DNA of 64,000 nt, from NCBI GenBank assembly GCA_963781485.1, contig CAWAFY010000004.1, positions 218,445-282,444 on the forward strand, in the 5' to 3' direction. The notes beneath the pieces are model-generated. The model did no database searches. It was given only the letters and a program-made list of their open reading frames with translations, and was not told the origin of the DNA. Positions 39,406 to 49,558 of the stretch are shown in pieces. Source of the DNA: an uncultured Alphaproteobacteria bacterium (GTDB lineage Bacteria; Pseudomonadota; Alphaproteobacteria; Sphingomonadales; Sphingomonadaceae). The first letter of the stretch is position 1, and each line of letters opens with the position of its first letter. A program made the translations under genes and the position numbers.

Positions 39406-40368
39406 GTGAAGCGCGTCCTGCTCGCCGCCGCGCTGGTCGGCGCGCTGGCGTTCGCCTGGTTCGCGTACGGTTGGTACGGTTCGGCCAACGTCGACAAGGA
39501 AACCGCGTTCACCGTGCCTGACGGCGCGACGCTGACCAGCGTGGCGCGCAAGCTCGAGGAGCAGGGGTTGATCGGATCGTCCGACAGTTTCCTCCTGCGC
39601 GCCAAGGTTCTCGGCAGCGGCGATCCGGTGCAACGCGGCGAATTCGCACTGCCGGCCGGGGCAAGCGCGGCGACGATCCTCGACACGCTCCAGCACGGCC
39701 AGGCGGTTCGGCGCTTCGTGACGATCCCCGAAGGGCTGCCGTCGATCATGGTCTATGACCGGCTGATGGCCGAACCGCTGCTTAGCGGCCCGATCCCGGT
39801 GCCCGAGGAAGGCTCGGTCCTTCCGGACACCTACGATTTTGAGCGCGGCGATACCCGCACCAAGGTGCTCGCGCGCATGCAGGCGGCAATGAAGTCCTAT
39901 CTCGCCGAAGCGTGGTCGAAGCGCGGGCAGGATATCGCGGTGTCGAGCCCCGCCGAAGCGGTGACGCTCGCCTCGATCGTCGAGAAGGAGACCGGCGTGG
40001 CGAGCGAACGGCGGATGGTCGCCGGGCTCTATTCGAACCGGGTCAAGCAGGGGATGCCGCTGCAAGCCGATCCGACGATCATCTACCCGATCACCAAGGG
40101 CAAGCCGCTCGGCCGCCGCATCCGCCAGAGCGAGATCGCCGCGGTCAACGGCTACAACACTTATACGATGAGCGGTCTGCCCAATGGCCCGATCACCAAC
40201 CCGGGGCGCGAGAGCATCGCCGCGGTGCTGAACCCGGCCAAGACCCAGGCGCTTTACATGGTCGCCAACGGCAAGGGCGGACACGTGTTCGGCAACACGC
40301 TTGCCGAGCACAACGCCAATGTGCGCAAGTGGTTTGAGATCCGCCGCGCGCGCGGAGAACTGGACTGA
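39406..40368 (+). CDS. mltG: endolytic murein transglycosylase MltG (YceG family)
   Basis: N-terminal TM anchor and ASIVEKETGVASERRMVAGLYSNRVKQGMPLQADPTIIY and YNTYTMSGLPNGPITNPG motifs. Conserved position after fabF. Confidence 0.9.
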   Translation: MKRVLLAAALVGALAFAWFAYGWYGSANVDKETAFTVPDGATLTSVARKLEEQGLIGSSDSFLLRAKVLGSGDPVQRGEFALPAGASAATILDTLQHGQAVRRFVTIPEGLPSIMVYDRLMAEPLLSGPIPVPEEGSVLPDTYDFERGDTRTKVLARMQAAMKSYLAEAWSKRGQDIAVSSPAEAVTLASIVEKETGVASERRMVAGLYSNRVKQGMPLQADPTIIYPITKGKPLGRRIRQSEIAAVNGYNTYTMSGLPNGPITNPGRESIAAVLNPAKTQALYMVANGKGGHVFGNTLAEHNANVRKWFEIRRARGELD

Positions 40369-40388
40369 GCGGGGGCGATCTTGCCCCA

Positions 40389-40886
40389 TTGATTGTCACC
40401 GCCGAACTGCCCGAGGCGCTGCAATCGCGCGCCGACCAGCTGCGCACGGCGCACTTTCCGCCTGAGCGCAATGTCCTCAAGGCGCATGTCACGCTGTTCC
40501 ACGCGCTGCCGCCAATGGTCGAGGATGAACTGCGCGATGCGCTTGCTGCCGAGGCGCGTGGTGCGCCGGCGCCCGCGCGGCTCGAGGGGTTGATGACACT
40601 CGGCCGCGGCACCGCGCTGCGTCTGTCGAGTCCGGCGATGCTCGATCTGCGCGAGCGCCTTGCGGAGCGTTTCCACGGCCTGCTCACCCCGCAAGACCAG
40701 CAAGTGCCGCGATTGCACGTCACGATCCAGAACAAGGTTTCGCCGTTCGAGGCGAAGGCCCTGCAGGCCGCTCTGGCCGACCGGATCGAGCCGCGAGACT
40801 TCGTTTTTCGCGGTCTTGCGCTCCATCGCTATCGCGGGGGTCCATGGGAGACCGTGCATCGCTGGCCGTTTCGCGGTAGTCGATGA
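40389..40886 (+). CDS. 2H phosphoesterase superfamily protein (LigT / 2'-5' RNA ligase-like)
   Basis: Two H-x-T motifs: HVTL at 40485-40496 and HVTI at 40716-40727. 165 aa. TTG start. Confidence 0.75.
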   Translation: MIVTAELPEALQSRADQLRTAHFPPERNVLKAHVTLFHALPPMVEDELRDALAAEARGAPAPARLEGLMTLGRGTALRLSSPAMLDLRERLAERFHGLLTPQDQQVPRLHVTIQNKVSPFEAKALQAALADRIEPRDFVFRGLALHRYRGGPWETVHRWPFRGSR

Positions 40887-40910
40887 ACGGGACGAACCGG
40901 GGGCGAGGGC

Positions 40911-41570
40911 ATGGAGGCGGCGTATATCCTGTATCTGCTGAGCGGCTTCCTGCTGGTAGCCGCAATGCTGATGTCCGCCATGAAGCCGCTGCGCCTGCTG
41001 GCCCTTGGCGGAGGGATCGCTGCCGTCGCCGGGGTTCTGCTCGCCGGGCAGACAGGGCTGGCTCTCGTGCTGCCGATCCTGTTCGTAATCGTGAATGGCC
41101 TGCAGCTTGCGCGGCTTGCACGCGGGGCGCGACGCGGTGGCCTGCGCCAGGAGGAGCGCGCTCTTCTCGAGCAGATCCTGCGCGTCGAGGATCCCGGCAA
41201 TCAGCGCCGACTGGTGGGGCTGCTCGAATGGCGCGATGCCATGCCGGGCGAAGTGCTCATTCGACAGGGACAGGAGCGTCCGCCGCTGATCTACGCCGCT
41301 TCGGGAGCAGCCGGGATCGAACTCAACGGCCAACTCATTGGCGTAGCGGGCGAGGGCGATTTCCTAGGCGACATGAGCGTTGCCACCGGCGAGCCTGCGT
41401 CGACCGCGGTGGTGGTCACCAATCCGATGCGGATCGCGGTCGTCGACCGCACAGCGCTGGCGCAGATGGCCGAGGCCGCGCCCGAGATCGGCGCGGCATT
41501 CGACGGTGCCATCAACCGGTCGATGGCAGTCAAGATCAGGCGCATGAACGAAGCAGCAGCGGGCCCCTGA
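40911..41570 (+). CDS. membrane protein with C-terminal cyclic-nucleotide-binding-like (CAP/CRP beta-barrel) domain
   Basis: About 3 N-terminal TM helices. The later region (RDAMPGEVLIRQGQ...GEGDFLGDMSVATGEPASTAVVV) resembles a cNMP-binding fold, but the phosphate-binding cassette lacks the canonical Arg. Confidence 0.65.
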   Translation: MEAAYILYLLSGFLLVAAMLMSAMKPLRLLALGGGIAAVAGVLLAGQTGLALVLPILFVIVNGLQLARLARGARRGGLRQEERALLEQILRVEDPGNQRRLVGLLEWRDAMPGEVLIRQGQERPPLIYAASGAAGIELNGQLIGVAGEGDFLGDMSVATGEPASTAVVVTNPMRIAVVDRTALAQMAEAAPEIGAAFDGAINRSMAVKIRRMNEAAAGP

Positions 41571-41673
41571 TGGCGCCGCCGCGAAGGCGGCAAATGTCGG
41601 TTGACCCGGTGCGGACCCGGCCCTAAATGCGCCGCCTGCCCCGCGCCCCGAAGCGCGCCGGGCCTGCCCTTGG

Positions 41674-41750
41674 GGCGGAGTAGCTCAGCCGGTTAGAGCA
41701 GCGGAATCATAATCCGCGTGTCGGGGGTTCGAGTCCCTCCTCCGCTACCA
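41674..41750 (+). tRNA. tRNA-Met (CAT), elongator-like; tRNA-Ile2 (lysidine) not excluded
   Basis: Hand-folded cloverleaf. Acceptor stem GGCGGAG/CTCCGCT (G1-U72), D-arm GCTC-AGCCGGTTA-GAGC, anticodon arm GCGGA-ATCATAA-TCCGC, T-loop TTCGAGT, encoded ACCA. Confidence 0.85.
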
Positions 41751-41980
41751 GTCCTTCGAATATGTCGCTGTCGGACTGACCGGGTTCGAAGGACGTGCAC
41801 CTGATGGGCGAGATCGAGTGGGGCTTGTCGGTTGCCCCGTCCCAATGTGTGACGACTTGGTGGGGCCGTTCGCATTCTCGGGAAAAAAGCTAAGGCCGGG
41901 AAACCAACTGCCTTCGCCCGCGTTCGGGATCAGACGTGGGGCCTCAGGTCAAGCTTGGGCAATCAGGGGGTCGAGTAAAC

Positions 41981-44392
41981 ATGCCATCAGCGGATCAGAT
42001 GACGACCCAGCGCCTGGGTGAGATCGTCGAAAAGGCCGCTGCCGAAGTTTTCATCTTCGGTCAGGATGATTTCCGTTTCCTGCTGGTGAACCAAGGTGCT
42101 CGTGAAAACCTGGGCTACTCGAAAGAAGAGCTCGGCCAGCTTCATCCCTGGGACCTCAAGCCGGAATACAGCGAGGATCAGTTCAGGGCCTTCGTCGAAC
42201 CGCTGATAAGTGGCGCGCGTAAACAGCTGTATTTCGAGACGATCCACGAACGTAAGGATCGATCGTCATACGAGGTTAGCGTCCGGCTGCAGCTTATTTC
42301 GACGACCGACATGCCGGTGTTCTACGCGGCGATCCAGGACATCACCGAGCAAAACCGGGTCCGCCGCGAGCTTGAGAAAGTTTCGGGGCGGCTCGACGCA
42401 ATCCTGAACAACACGACGATGGCCGTGTTCATGATGGACGAGCGGCAGCAGTGTTCGTTCATGAACAAGGCCGCTGAACAACTCACCGGCTTCACTTTCG
42501 CAGAGACCCAGGGACGACCGCTCCACGACGTGGTCCATCACTCCTATCCCGACGGTCGGCCGTTTCCCATCGACGAATGTGCGATCGATCGCGCCTTTCC
42601 CGAAAACAGCCAGACGCAGGGCGAGGAGGTCTTCGTCCACAAGGACGGTTCGTTCTACAACGTCGGCTTCACGGCCTCGCCGATGAAGAATGCCGAAGGC
42701 ATCACTCTCGGCACGGTGATCGAAGCGCACAACATCGACGAGGAACTGAAGGCGCGGGCAGCTCTCAATTCGTTCAATGCCGCTCTGCGCGAGCGGGTCG
42801 ACGAGGCGATCGCGGAGCGCAGTGCGCTCGAAGCGCAACTCGTTCAGGCGCAGAAGATGGAAGCCATCGGCCAGTTGACGGGCGGCGTGGCCCATGACTT
42901 CAATAATCTGCTCCAGGTCATCGCGGGCAATCTGCAACTGATCAAGCAAGACCCACTTGTGGATGGCCGAAACCTCGCTCGCATCAACAATGCATTATCC
43001 GGGGTCGAGCGCGGTGCGAAGCTCGCGTCACAGTTGCTGGCGTTCGGACGGCAGCAGCCCCTGAAGCCCAAACCGATAAATTCCGGTCGAATCCTGCGTG
43101 ACATGGACGACATGTTCCGCCGGACGCTTGGCGAAACGGTCGAAATCGAGACGATCGTGGCGGCCGGGCTGTGGAACTGTCTCGTCGACCCGCGCCAGTT
43201 CGAAAACGCCCTGCTGAATCTTGCCATCAATGCGCGCGACGCAATGGGCAGCGTGGGCAGGCTTACACTGGAAGCGGGCAATGCCTCTCTCGATGAGGAT
43301 TATGTTGCCTCGCATCCGGGCGCGGCGACCGGACAATACGTGATGATCGCGGTCACCGACACCGGCTGCGGGATCCCCCAGGAAAACCTGTCGAAGGTGT
43401 TCGAACCGTTCTTCACCACCAAACCACCGGGCGAGGGAACCGGACTCGGCCTGTCGATGGTCTTCGGCTTCGTCAAACAATCGGGCGGACACATCACCAT
43501 CTATAGCGAGGAGGGAGAAGGCACGACGGTCCGCATCTATCTTCCCCGGACCGGCAAGGCGGAGATGTCGTCTCGTCCGGAAGGCGCGTGGGTGGCCGAA
43601 GAAGGACACGGCGAAGTCGTCCTCGTTGTCGAGGACGACGCCGACGTCCGGTCCACCGCGGTCGAACTTATCACGAACCTCGGATACAGAGTCATCGAAG
43701 CCTCCGATGCAGACAGCGCGCTTGCGATCCTTCAGTGCGGAATGCCGATCGACCTTTTGTTCACCGATGTGGTCATGCCGGGCAAGCTGCGTTCGCCTGA
43801 ACTGGCGCGCCTCGCGAAAGAGCGCATTCCCGACATCGGCGTTCTCTTCACATCCGGCTACACCCAGAATGCGATCGTCCATGCAGGCAAGCTGGACGAC
43901 GATATCGAGCTGATCAGCAAGCCATACTCGGTCGAAAGATTGAGCCGGAAGATCAAGCAGGTGCTTGACGGCAGGCCGGGCGTGAAACGGGCGCCGTCGC
44001 CCCACGCGCGGCCCGACACGAACCCCAACGAGACGGAACCGGATCACGAAAGGAAGGCGAACCGCGTTCTCGTGATCGAAGACGAGCCGCTGATCCGGAT
44101 GTCCATCGTTAGCACGATCGAAGCGCTGGGCTGCACGACGCTCGAGGCAAGTTCCCTGAAGGACGCCAGGGTTCTGCTCGAAAATAACGAGCTGGACACG
44201 ATCGTGTCCGACATGAGCCTGCCGGACGGGACGGCGACGCAGTTCCTGCTCGAGGCGAGGGTCAGGCATCCCGACATGAAGCTCGTCGTCGCCACCGGTG
44301 GTGCCGTGCCGGAAGAGTTGCAGTCATTGGCCGTCTCGGTCCTGGCCAAGCCGTTTTCCGATCGCGACCTGGAAGATGCTCTAAATCGGTAG
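41981..44392 (+). CDS. hybrid sensor histidine kinase with two PAS domains and two receiver domains
   Basis: H-box GGVAHDFNNLLQVI and the HATPase G-boxes (DTGCGI, GEGTGLGLSMV). REC1 (VLVVEDDADV...LLFTDVVMPG) and REC2 (VLVIEDEPLI...IVSDMSLPDG). ATG at 41981 follows AGGGGG. Confidence 0.88.
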   Translation: MPSADQMTTQRLGEIVEKAAAEVFIFGQDDFRFLLVNQGARENLGYSKEELGQLHPWDLKPEYSEDQFRAFVEPLISGARKQLYFETIHERKDRSSYEVSVRLQLISTTDMPVFYAAIQDITEQNRVRRELEKVSGRLDAILNNTTMAVFMMDERQQCSFMNKAAEQLTGFTFAETQGRPLHDVVHHSYPDGRPFPIDECAIDRAFPENSQTQGEEVFVHKDGSFYNVGFTASPMKNAEGITLGTVIEAHNIDEELKARAALNSFNAALRERVDEAIAERSALEAQLVQAQKMEAIGQLTGGVAHDFNNLLQVIAGNLQLIKQDPLVDGRNLARINNALSGVERGAKLASQLLAFGRQQPLKPKPINSGRILRDMDDMFRRTLGETVEIETIVAAGLWNCLVDPRQFENALLNLAINARDAMGSVGRLTLEAGNASLDEDYVASHPGAATGQYVMIAVTDTGCGIPQENLSKVFEPFFTTKPPGEGTGLGLSMVFGFVKQSGGHITIYSEEGEGTTVRIYLPRTGKAEMSSRPEGAWVAEEGHGEVVLVVEDDADVRSTAVELITNLGYRVIEASDADSALAILQCGMPIDLLFTDVVMPGKLRSPELARLAKERIPDIGVLFTSGYTQNAIVHAGKLDDDIELISKPYSVERLSRKIKQVLDGRPGVKRAPSPHARPDTNPNETEPDHERKANRVLVIEDEPLIRMSIVSTIEALGCTTLEASSLKDARVLLENNELDTIVSDMSLPDGTATQFLLEARVRHPDMKLVVATGGAVPEELQSLAVSVLAKPFSDRDLEDALNR

Positions 44393-44746
44393 AAGCGACC
44401 CTGAGCGGTCCGCAGACGATAAAGGGGTGCAGCGACCCGAGCCAGCGTGGCGTGCCGAATATGCTCACAAGCGTGATCTCGGCCACCTATGTGAAATCTA
44501 TCGAAGCACCTTTCGCGCCAATGTTGACAAGCCGGGTGACCAACACGACGGTAGCCGAACTCCCTGAGGAGTTCCGCAGGTAGTCGACGCCATGCCGCCT
44601 CAAGAATTCGATCGTCCCTGATTAGTCCGCATATCCCGCTCGAGCGGCTGACATAGGGTGTTAAATCCCGGTGATAGGGCGATCGGCGAAAGTATTGAAC
44701 GGAGTCGCCGCCTGATGTCACCCTCCAGCAGCGAAACCGCAATTCG

Positions 44747-45652
44747 ATGACCAAAACACTCACGCACCTCCAGCGTCTCGAGGCCGAGAGCATCCACATC
44801 ATGCGCGAGGTCGTTGCCGAGGCCGACAAGCCGGTGATGCTCTATTCGGTCGGCAAGGACAGCGCGGTAATGCTGCATCTGGCACGCAAGGCGTTCTATC
44901 CTTCCCCGCCGCCCTTTCCTTTGCTCCACGTGGACACGACGTGGAAATTCCGGGCCATGTACGAGTTGCGGGAAAAGGCCGCGAAAGACGCCGGAATGGA
45001 ATTGCTGGTCCACCAGAACCCCGAGGCAATCGAACGCGGGATCAACCCGTTCGATCATGGTCCGCTCCACACCGACATGTGGAAGACCGAAGGTCTCAAG
45101 CAGGCTCTCGACGAATACGGCTTCGACGCGGCGTTCGGCGGCGCGCGACGCGACGAGGAAAAGGCCCGGGCCAAGGAGCGTATCTTCAGCTTTCGCACCG
45201 CCAGGCACGGATGGGATCCCAAGAACCAGCGTCCCGAATTGTGGAACATCTACAATGCCCGCAAGGCGAAGCGTGAAAGCATCCGGGTCTTCCCGTTATC
45301 CAACTGGACCGAGCTCGACATCTGGCAGTACATCCATCTCGAAGGCATCGAGATCGTCCCGCTGTATTTCTCCGCCAGGCGGCCGACGGTGGAACGCGAC
45401 GGCATGCTGCTGATGGTCGACGACGAACGCTTCCCGCTGGCCGATGGCGAAGAACCGGTCTTGCGATCTATCCGGTTTCGCACGCTCGGCTGTTATCCGC
45501 TGACCGGCGCGGTCGAAAGCGCGGCGGCGACGTTGCCCGAGATCATCCAGGAAATGCTGCTGACCACCACCAGCGAACGCCAGGGCCGCGCGATCGACAA
45601 GGACGAGGGCGGAGCGGGCATGGAGAAGAAGAAGCAGGAGGGGTATTTCTGA
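44747..45652 (+). CDS. cysD: sulfate adenylyltransferase subunit 2
   Basis: [21 protein letters not shown]...[19 protein letters not shown]-reductase-like fold, typical CysD. Confidence 0.95.
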   Translation: MTKTLTHLQRLEAESIHIMREVVAEADKPVMLYSVGKDSAVMLHLARKAFYPSPPPFPLLHVDTTWKFRAMYELREKAAKDAGMELLVHQNPEAIERGINPFDHGPLHTDMWKTEGLKQALDEYGFDAAFGGARRDEEKARAKERIFSFRTARHGWDPKNQRPELWNIYNARKAKRESIRVFPLSNWTELDIWQYIHLEGIEIVPLYFSARRPTVERDGMLLMVDDERFPLADGEEPVLRSIRFRTLGCYPLTGAVESAAATLPEIIQEMLLTTTSERQGRAIDKDEGGAGMEKKKQEGYF

Positions 45653-47589
45653 TGGTCGCTCCCTCTGCAAATGCCGCCAGTTCCGGCTCCTCCGCCTACG
45701 AGACCGATGCGCTGATCGGCGAGGACATCGACGCCTATCTCGATGCGCACCAGCACAAGACGATGCTGCGCTTCATCACCTGCGGCAGCGTGGACGATGG
45801 CAAGTCGACGCTGATCGGGCGGCTTCTCTACGACAGCAAGATGATCTTCGAAGACCAGCTCGCCGCGCTTGAGAGCGACAGCAAGCGCGTCGGCACCCAG
45901 GGTCAGGAGATCGATTTTGCGCTGCTCGTCGACGGGCTCGCCGCCGAACGCGAGCAGGGCATCACCATCGACGTCGCCTATCGCTTTTTCTCGACCGAGA
46001 AGCGCAAGTTCATCGTCGCGGACTGCCCCGGGCACGAACAATACACCCGCAACATGGTCACCGGGGCCAGCACCGCCGACCTCGCGGTAATCCTGGTGGA
46101 CGCCCGCAAGGGTGTTCTTGTCCAGACCAGGCGGCACAGCTTCCTCTGCCACCAGCTCGGCATCCGCAATCTGGTGCTGGCGGTCAACAAAATGGATCTG
46201 ATCGGCTACGATCGGGCGAAGTACGACGCCATCGTCGCCGATTATCGCGCGTTTGCCGAAAGCATCGGCGTCACCGAATTTGCCGCCATCCCGATCTCCG
46301 GTTTCAAGGGCGACAACATCACGGCGAACTCGGCGAATACCCCGTGGTACGACGGGCCGCCGCTGGTTGCGCATGTCGAAGACGTCGAGGTCAATTCGGC
46401 GCGTGATGCCGAAGGACCGTTCCGCCTGCCGGTCCAGTGGGTCAATCGTCCCAACCTCGACTTTCGCGGGTTCTCGGGCCTGATCGCCTCAGGGACCGTC
46501 AAAACCGGCGATGCCGTCCGGGTTTTGCCGTCGGGCAAAACCAGCACTGTCAAGTCCATCGTGACGATGGACGGCGATCTCGATGAGGCACAGGCAGGTC
46601 AGGCGATCACCCTGACATTGGACGACGAGGTCGATTGCTCGAGGGGCAACGTGCTTGCGGTCGCCGATACGCCGCCGGAAGTTTCGGACCAGTTCGAAGC
46701 GACGGTTGTCTGGCTGGACGAAGAAGCGTTGCTGCCCGGGCGGGGATATTGGCTCAAGCTGGCCAGCCAGACGGTCACCGCGACAGTGGCCGAGCCGAAG
46801 TACGAGATCAACGTCAACACGATGGAGCACCTTGCTGCCAAAACCCTTGAACTGAACGCCATCGGCGTGGCCGAAATCGCCACCGACAAGCCCATCGTGT
46901 TCGAAGCCTATAGCGCCAATCGCGCGCTCGGCGGGTTTATCCTGATCGACAAGATCACCAACCGCACCGTTGGCGCGGGCATGCTGCATTTCAGCTTGCG
47001 CCGGGCGCAGAACGTTCATTGGCAACCGACCGATATCACACGTGAAGCGCACGCAGCGCTCAAGAACCAGGCCCCGCGGGTTCTCTGGTTCACCGGGCTG
47101 TCGGGTTCGGGCAAGTCGACCATCGCCAACGAGGTCGAAAAGTTGCTCAGCGTGATGAACCGGCACACCTTCCTGCTCGATGGCGACAACGTACGGCATG
47201 GTCTGAACAAGGATCTGGGCTTCACCGAGGCGGACCGCATCGAGAATGTCCGCCGGATCGGCGAAGTGGCGAAGCTGATGGCCGACGCCGGCCTGATCGT
47301 CCTGACGGCATTCATCAGTCCGTTTCGGGCGGAGCGCCAGATGGTGCGGGAGATGCTGCCGGAGGGTGAATTCATCGAGATTTTCGTCGATACGCCCCTC
47401 GAGGTCGCCGAAGCACGGGACGTGAAGGGGCTCTACAAAAAGGCGCGCGCCGGTAAGCTCAAGAATTTTACCGGCATCGACAGTCCCTACGAAGCACCGG
47501 CAAGCCCCGATATCGTCGTCAACACTGTCGAAATGACGCCGGAAGAAGCGGCCGAGCACATCGTTCGCCAGATCATGCCGCTCAAGTAG
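45652..47589 (+). CDS. cysNC: bifunctional sulfate adenylyltransferase subunit 1 / adenylylsulfate kinase
   Basis: GTPase half ([26 protein letters not shown]) fused to an APS kinase half ([15 protein letters not shown]). Confidence 0.94.
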   Translation: MVAPSANAASSGSSAYETDALIGEDIDAYLDAHQHKTMLRFITCGSVDDGKSTLIGRLLYDSKMIFEDQLAALESDSKRVGTQGQEIDFALLVDGLAAEREQGITIDVAYRFFSTEKRKFIVADCPGHEQYTRNMVTGASTADLAVILVDARKGVLVQTRRHSFLCHQLGIRNLVLAVNKMDLIGYDRAKYDAIVADYRAFAESIGVTEFAAIPISGFKGDNITANSANTPWYDGPPLVAHVEDVEVNSARDAEGPFRLPVQWVNRPNLDFRGFSGLIASGTVKTGDAVRVLPSGKTSTVKSIVTMDGDLDEAQAGQAITLTLDDEVDCSRGNVLAVADTPPEVSDQFEATVVWLDEEALLPGRGYWLKLASQTVTATVAEPKYEINVNTMEHLAAKTLELNAIGVAEIATDKPIVFEAYSANRALGGFILIDKITNRTVGAGMLHFSLRRAQNVHWQPTDITREAHAALKNQAPRVLWFTGLSGSGKSTIANEVEKLLSVMNRHTFLLDGDNVRHGLNKDLGFTEADRIENVRRIGEVAKLMADAGLIVLTAFISPFRAERQMVREMLPEGEFIEIFVDTPLEVAEARDVKGLYKKARAGKLKNFTGIDSPYEAPASPDIVVNTVEMTPEEAAEHIVRQIMPLK

Positions 47590-47600
47590 GGACCTGCGCG

Positions 47601-48335
47601 ATGGATGATGCCGAACTCGCGGCCCGATTGGCCTATCACGCCGGGCGCATCCTCGTCGATGTCCGACAGTCCGGCCTGATCGACGGAACGGCGCTCGGCA
47701 AGGCGGGCGACGAGACGGCCAACCAGTTCCTGGTCAACGTCTTGCGCCATCTGCGACCCGACGACGGTCTGCTTTCGGAAGAATCCAGGGACACCGAGGA
47801 CCGGCTCACAAAGCAGCGGGTGTGGATCATCGACCCGGTGGACGGAACCCGCGAGTATGGCGAGGCGCGCACCGACTGGGCGGTGCACGTCGCGCTGGCG
47901 ATCGACGGGTGCGCCGAGATCGGCGCCGTCGCACTTCCCGGACTGGATCTCGTGCTCCGTTCCGATCGACCGCAATTGTTGCCTGCAGCGGCAGCAAGGC
48001 CGCGTCTGGCGGTAAGCCGGACGCGGCCGGCACCCGAGGCGATCGAGGTCGCACGAAGGATCGGAGGCGATCTGGTCGAGATGGGCAGCGCCGGTGCGAA
48101 GGCCATGGCGGTCGTGCGCGGTGAGATCGAGATCTACCTGCATTCGGGCGGGCAGTACGAGTGGGACAGTTGCGCACCCGTTGCCGTCGCCAAGGCATAT
48201 GGTCTCCATTGCTCGCGCATCGACGGTCGCCCGCTCGACTACAACCAGGCGGATACCTACATGCCCGATCTGCTCATCTGCCGTCCCGAACTGGCCGCGC
48301 GCGTTCTGGAGGAAGTCGCCGCGATCAGTTCCTAG
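47601..48335 (+). CDS. cysQ: 3'(2'),5'-bisphosphate nucleotidase
   Basis: Inositol monophosphatase-family motifs (LSEES, WIIDPVDGTREY, WDSCAP). Follows cysNC. Confidence 0.88.
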   Translation: MDDAELAARLAYHAGRILVDVRQSGLIDGTALGKAGDETANQFLVNVLRHLRPDDGLLSEESRDTEDRLTKQRVWIIDPVDGTREYGEARTDWAVHVALAIDGCAEIGAVALPGLDLVLRSDRPQLLPAAAARPRLAVSRTRPAPEAIEVARRIGGDLVEMGSAGAKAMAVVRGEIEIYLHSGGQYEWDSCAPVAVAKAYGLHCSRIDGRPLDYNQADTYMPDLLICRPELAARVLEEVAAISS

Positions 48336-48445
48336 GAGACAGGCCCATCCGGCGAGCCTGCGAGGTTCTGAGAAGCGGCGCCGCGATGTGTTTCGTTCGA
48401 CCGCCGCTGCTGCTAGCGGTCGCCCGGAGCTCAGAGGAGTAGCCC

Positions 48446-49558
48446 ATGAAGACCCGCGCCGCCGTTGCATTCGAAGCCAAGCAGCCGCTGGAGATTGTCG
48501 AGCTCGATCTCGAAGGTCCGCGGGAAGGCGAGGTGCTGGTCGAGATAATGGCGACGGGTATCTGCCATACCGACGCCTATACGCTCGACGGATTGGACAG
48601 CGAGGGCCTGTTCCCGAGCGTGCTGGGCCACGAAGGCGCGGGTATCGTGCGCGAGGTCGGCGCGGGCGTAACCTCGGTCAAGCCGGGTGACCACGTGATC
48701 CCGCTCTACACGCCCGAATGCGGCAAGTGTAAGTCGTGCCTGTCGGGCAAGACCAACCTGTGCACCGCGATCCGCGCGACCCAGGGTAAGGGCGTGATGC
48801 CCGATGGGACCAGCCGGTTCAGCTACAAGGGCCAGACGATCTACCACTACATGGGCTGTTCGACGTTCTCTAACTTCACCGTGCTGCCCGAGATCGCTGT
48901 TGCCAAGATCCGTGAGGACGCACCCTTCCAGACGAGTTGCTACATTGGCTGCGGCGTGACCACCGGGGTTGGGGCGGTGCTCAATACCGCCAAGGTCCAG
49001 CCGGGCGACAATGTGGTCGTCTTCGGGCTGGGCGGAATCGGCCTCAACGTGATCCAAGGTGCACGGCTGGCGGGCGCGGGCAAGATCGTCGGGATCGACA
49101 TCAACTCCGAGCGCGAGGAATGGGGCCGCCAGTTCGGCATGACCGACTTCCTCAACACCGACGGCATGAGCCGCGACGAAACGATCGCAGCGGTCGCTTC
49201 GCTGACCGACGGCGGGGCCGATTATAGCTTCGATGCGACCGGCAACACCGAGGTCATGCGGACTGCGCTGGAATGCTGCCACCGCGGCTGGGGCACGTCG
49301 ATCGTCATCGGCGTGGCCGAGGCGGGCAAGGAGATTGCTACGCGCCCGTTCCAGCTCGTCACCGGGCGCAATTGGCGCGGCACTGCGTTCGGCGGGGCCA
49401 AGGGCCGCACCGACGTGCCGAAGATCGTTGACATGTATATGGACGGCAAGATCGCGATCGACCCCATGATCACCCATGTCCTGACGCTCGACGAGATCAA
49501 CAAGGGTTTCGACCTGATGCATGCCGGTGAAAGCATCCGCAGCGTGGTGGTCTATTGA
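48446..49558 (+). CDS. adhC: S-(hydroxymethyl)glutathione dehydrogenase / class III alcohol dehydrogenase
   Basis: [31 protein letters not shown] and the rest of the protein are typical class III ADH. 370 aa. Confidence 0.93.
   Translation: MKTRAAVAFEAKQPLEIVELDLEGPREGEVLVEIMATGICHTDAYTLDGLDSEGLFPSVLGHEGAGIVREVGAGVTSVKPGDHVIPLYTPECGKCKSCLSGKTNLCTAIRATQGKGVMPDGTSRFSYKGQTIYHYMGCSTFSNFTVLPEIAVAKIREDAPFQTSCYIGCGVTTGVGAVLNTAKVQPGDNVVVFGLGGIGLNVIQGARLAGAGKIVGIDINSEREEWGRQFGMTDFLNTDGMSRDETIAAVASLTDGGADYSFDATGNTEVMRTALECCHRGWGTSIVIGVAEAGKEIATRPFQLVTGRNWRGTAFGGAKGRTDVPKIVDMYMDGKIAIDPMITHVLTLDEINKGFDLMHAGESIRSVVVY

Noticed and set aside
38144-39409. The 421-aa ORF in the track, which looks like an intact FabF.
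   Set aside because: Only the first ~196 aa are FabF-like. The rest ([21 protein letters not shown]...) is a wrong-frame run-on. The true C-terminus lies in the frame of ORF 38790..39404.
40911-41570. Pycsar- or CBASS-like anti-phage effector (TM plus cNMP-binding domain).
   Set aside because: No nucleotide cyclase, CD-NTase or other defence gene is adjacent. The flanking genes are core (mltG, tRNA-Met). It is kept only as a low-probability analogy inside the gene-pair finding.
44461-44583. 40-aa ORF (MLTSVISATYVKSIEAPFAPMLTSRVTNTTVAELPEEFRR) as a possible cys leader peptide.
   Set aside because: It has no Shine-Dalgarno sequence, no Cys/Met enrichment and no attenuator structure downstream.
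44393-44746. IS3-type transposase or integrase remnant in the cysD upstream gap. A minus-strand translation contains ...PAELLREFGYRRVGH..., vaguely like IS3 OrfB linkers.
   Set aside because: The similarity is a few residues only, and the surrounding translation is compositionally junk. No inverted repeats or DDE motifs are visible.
41751-44746. Direct repeat of the tRNA-Met 3' end that would mark an integrated-element boundary (attR).
   Set aside because: Only trivial 6-nt matches (CCCTCC) were found downstream, and there is no integrase gene. The islet idea rests on GC content and context alone.
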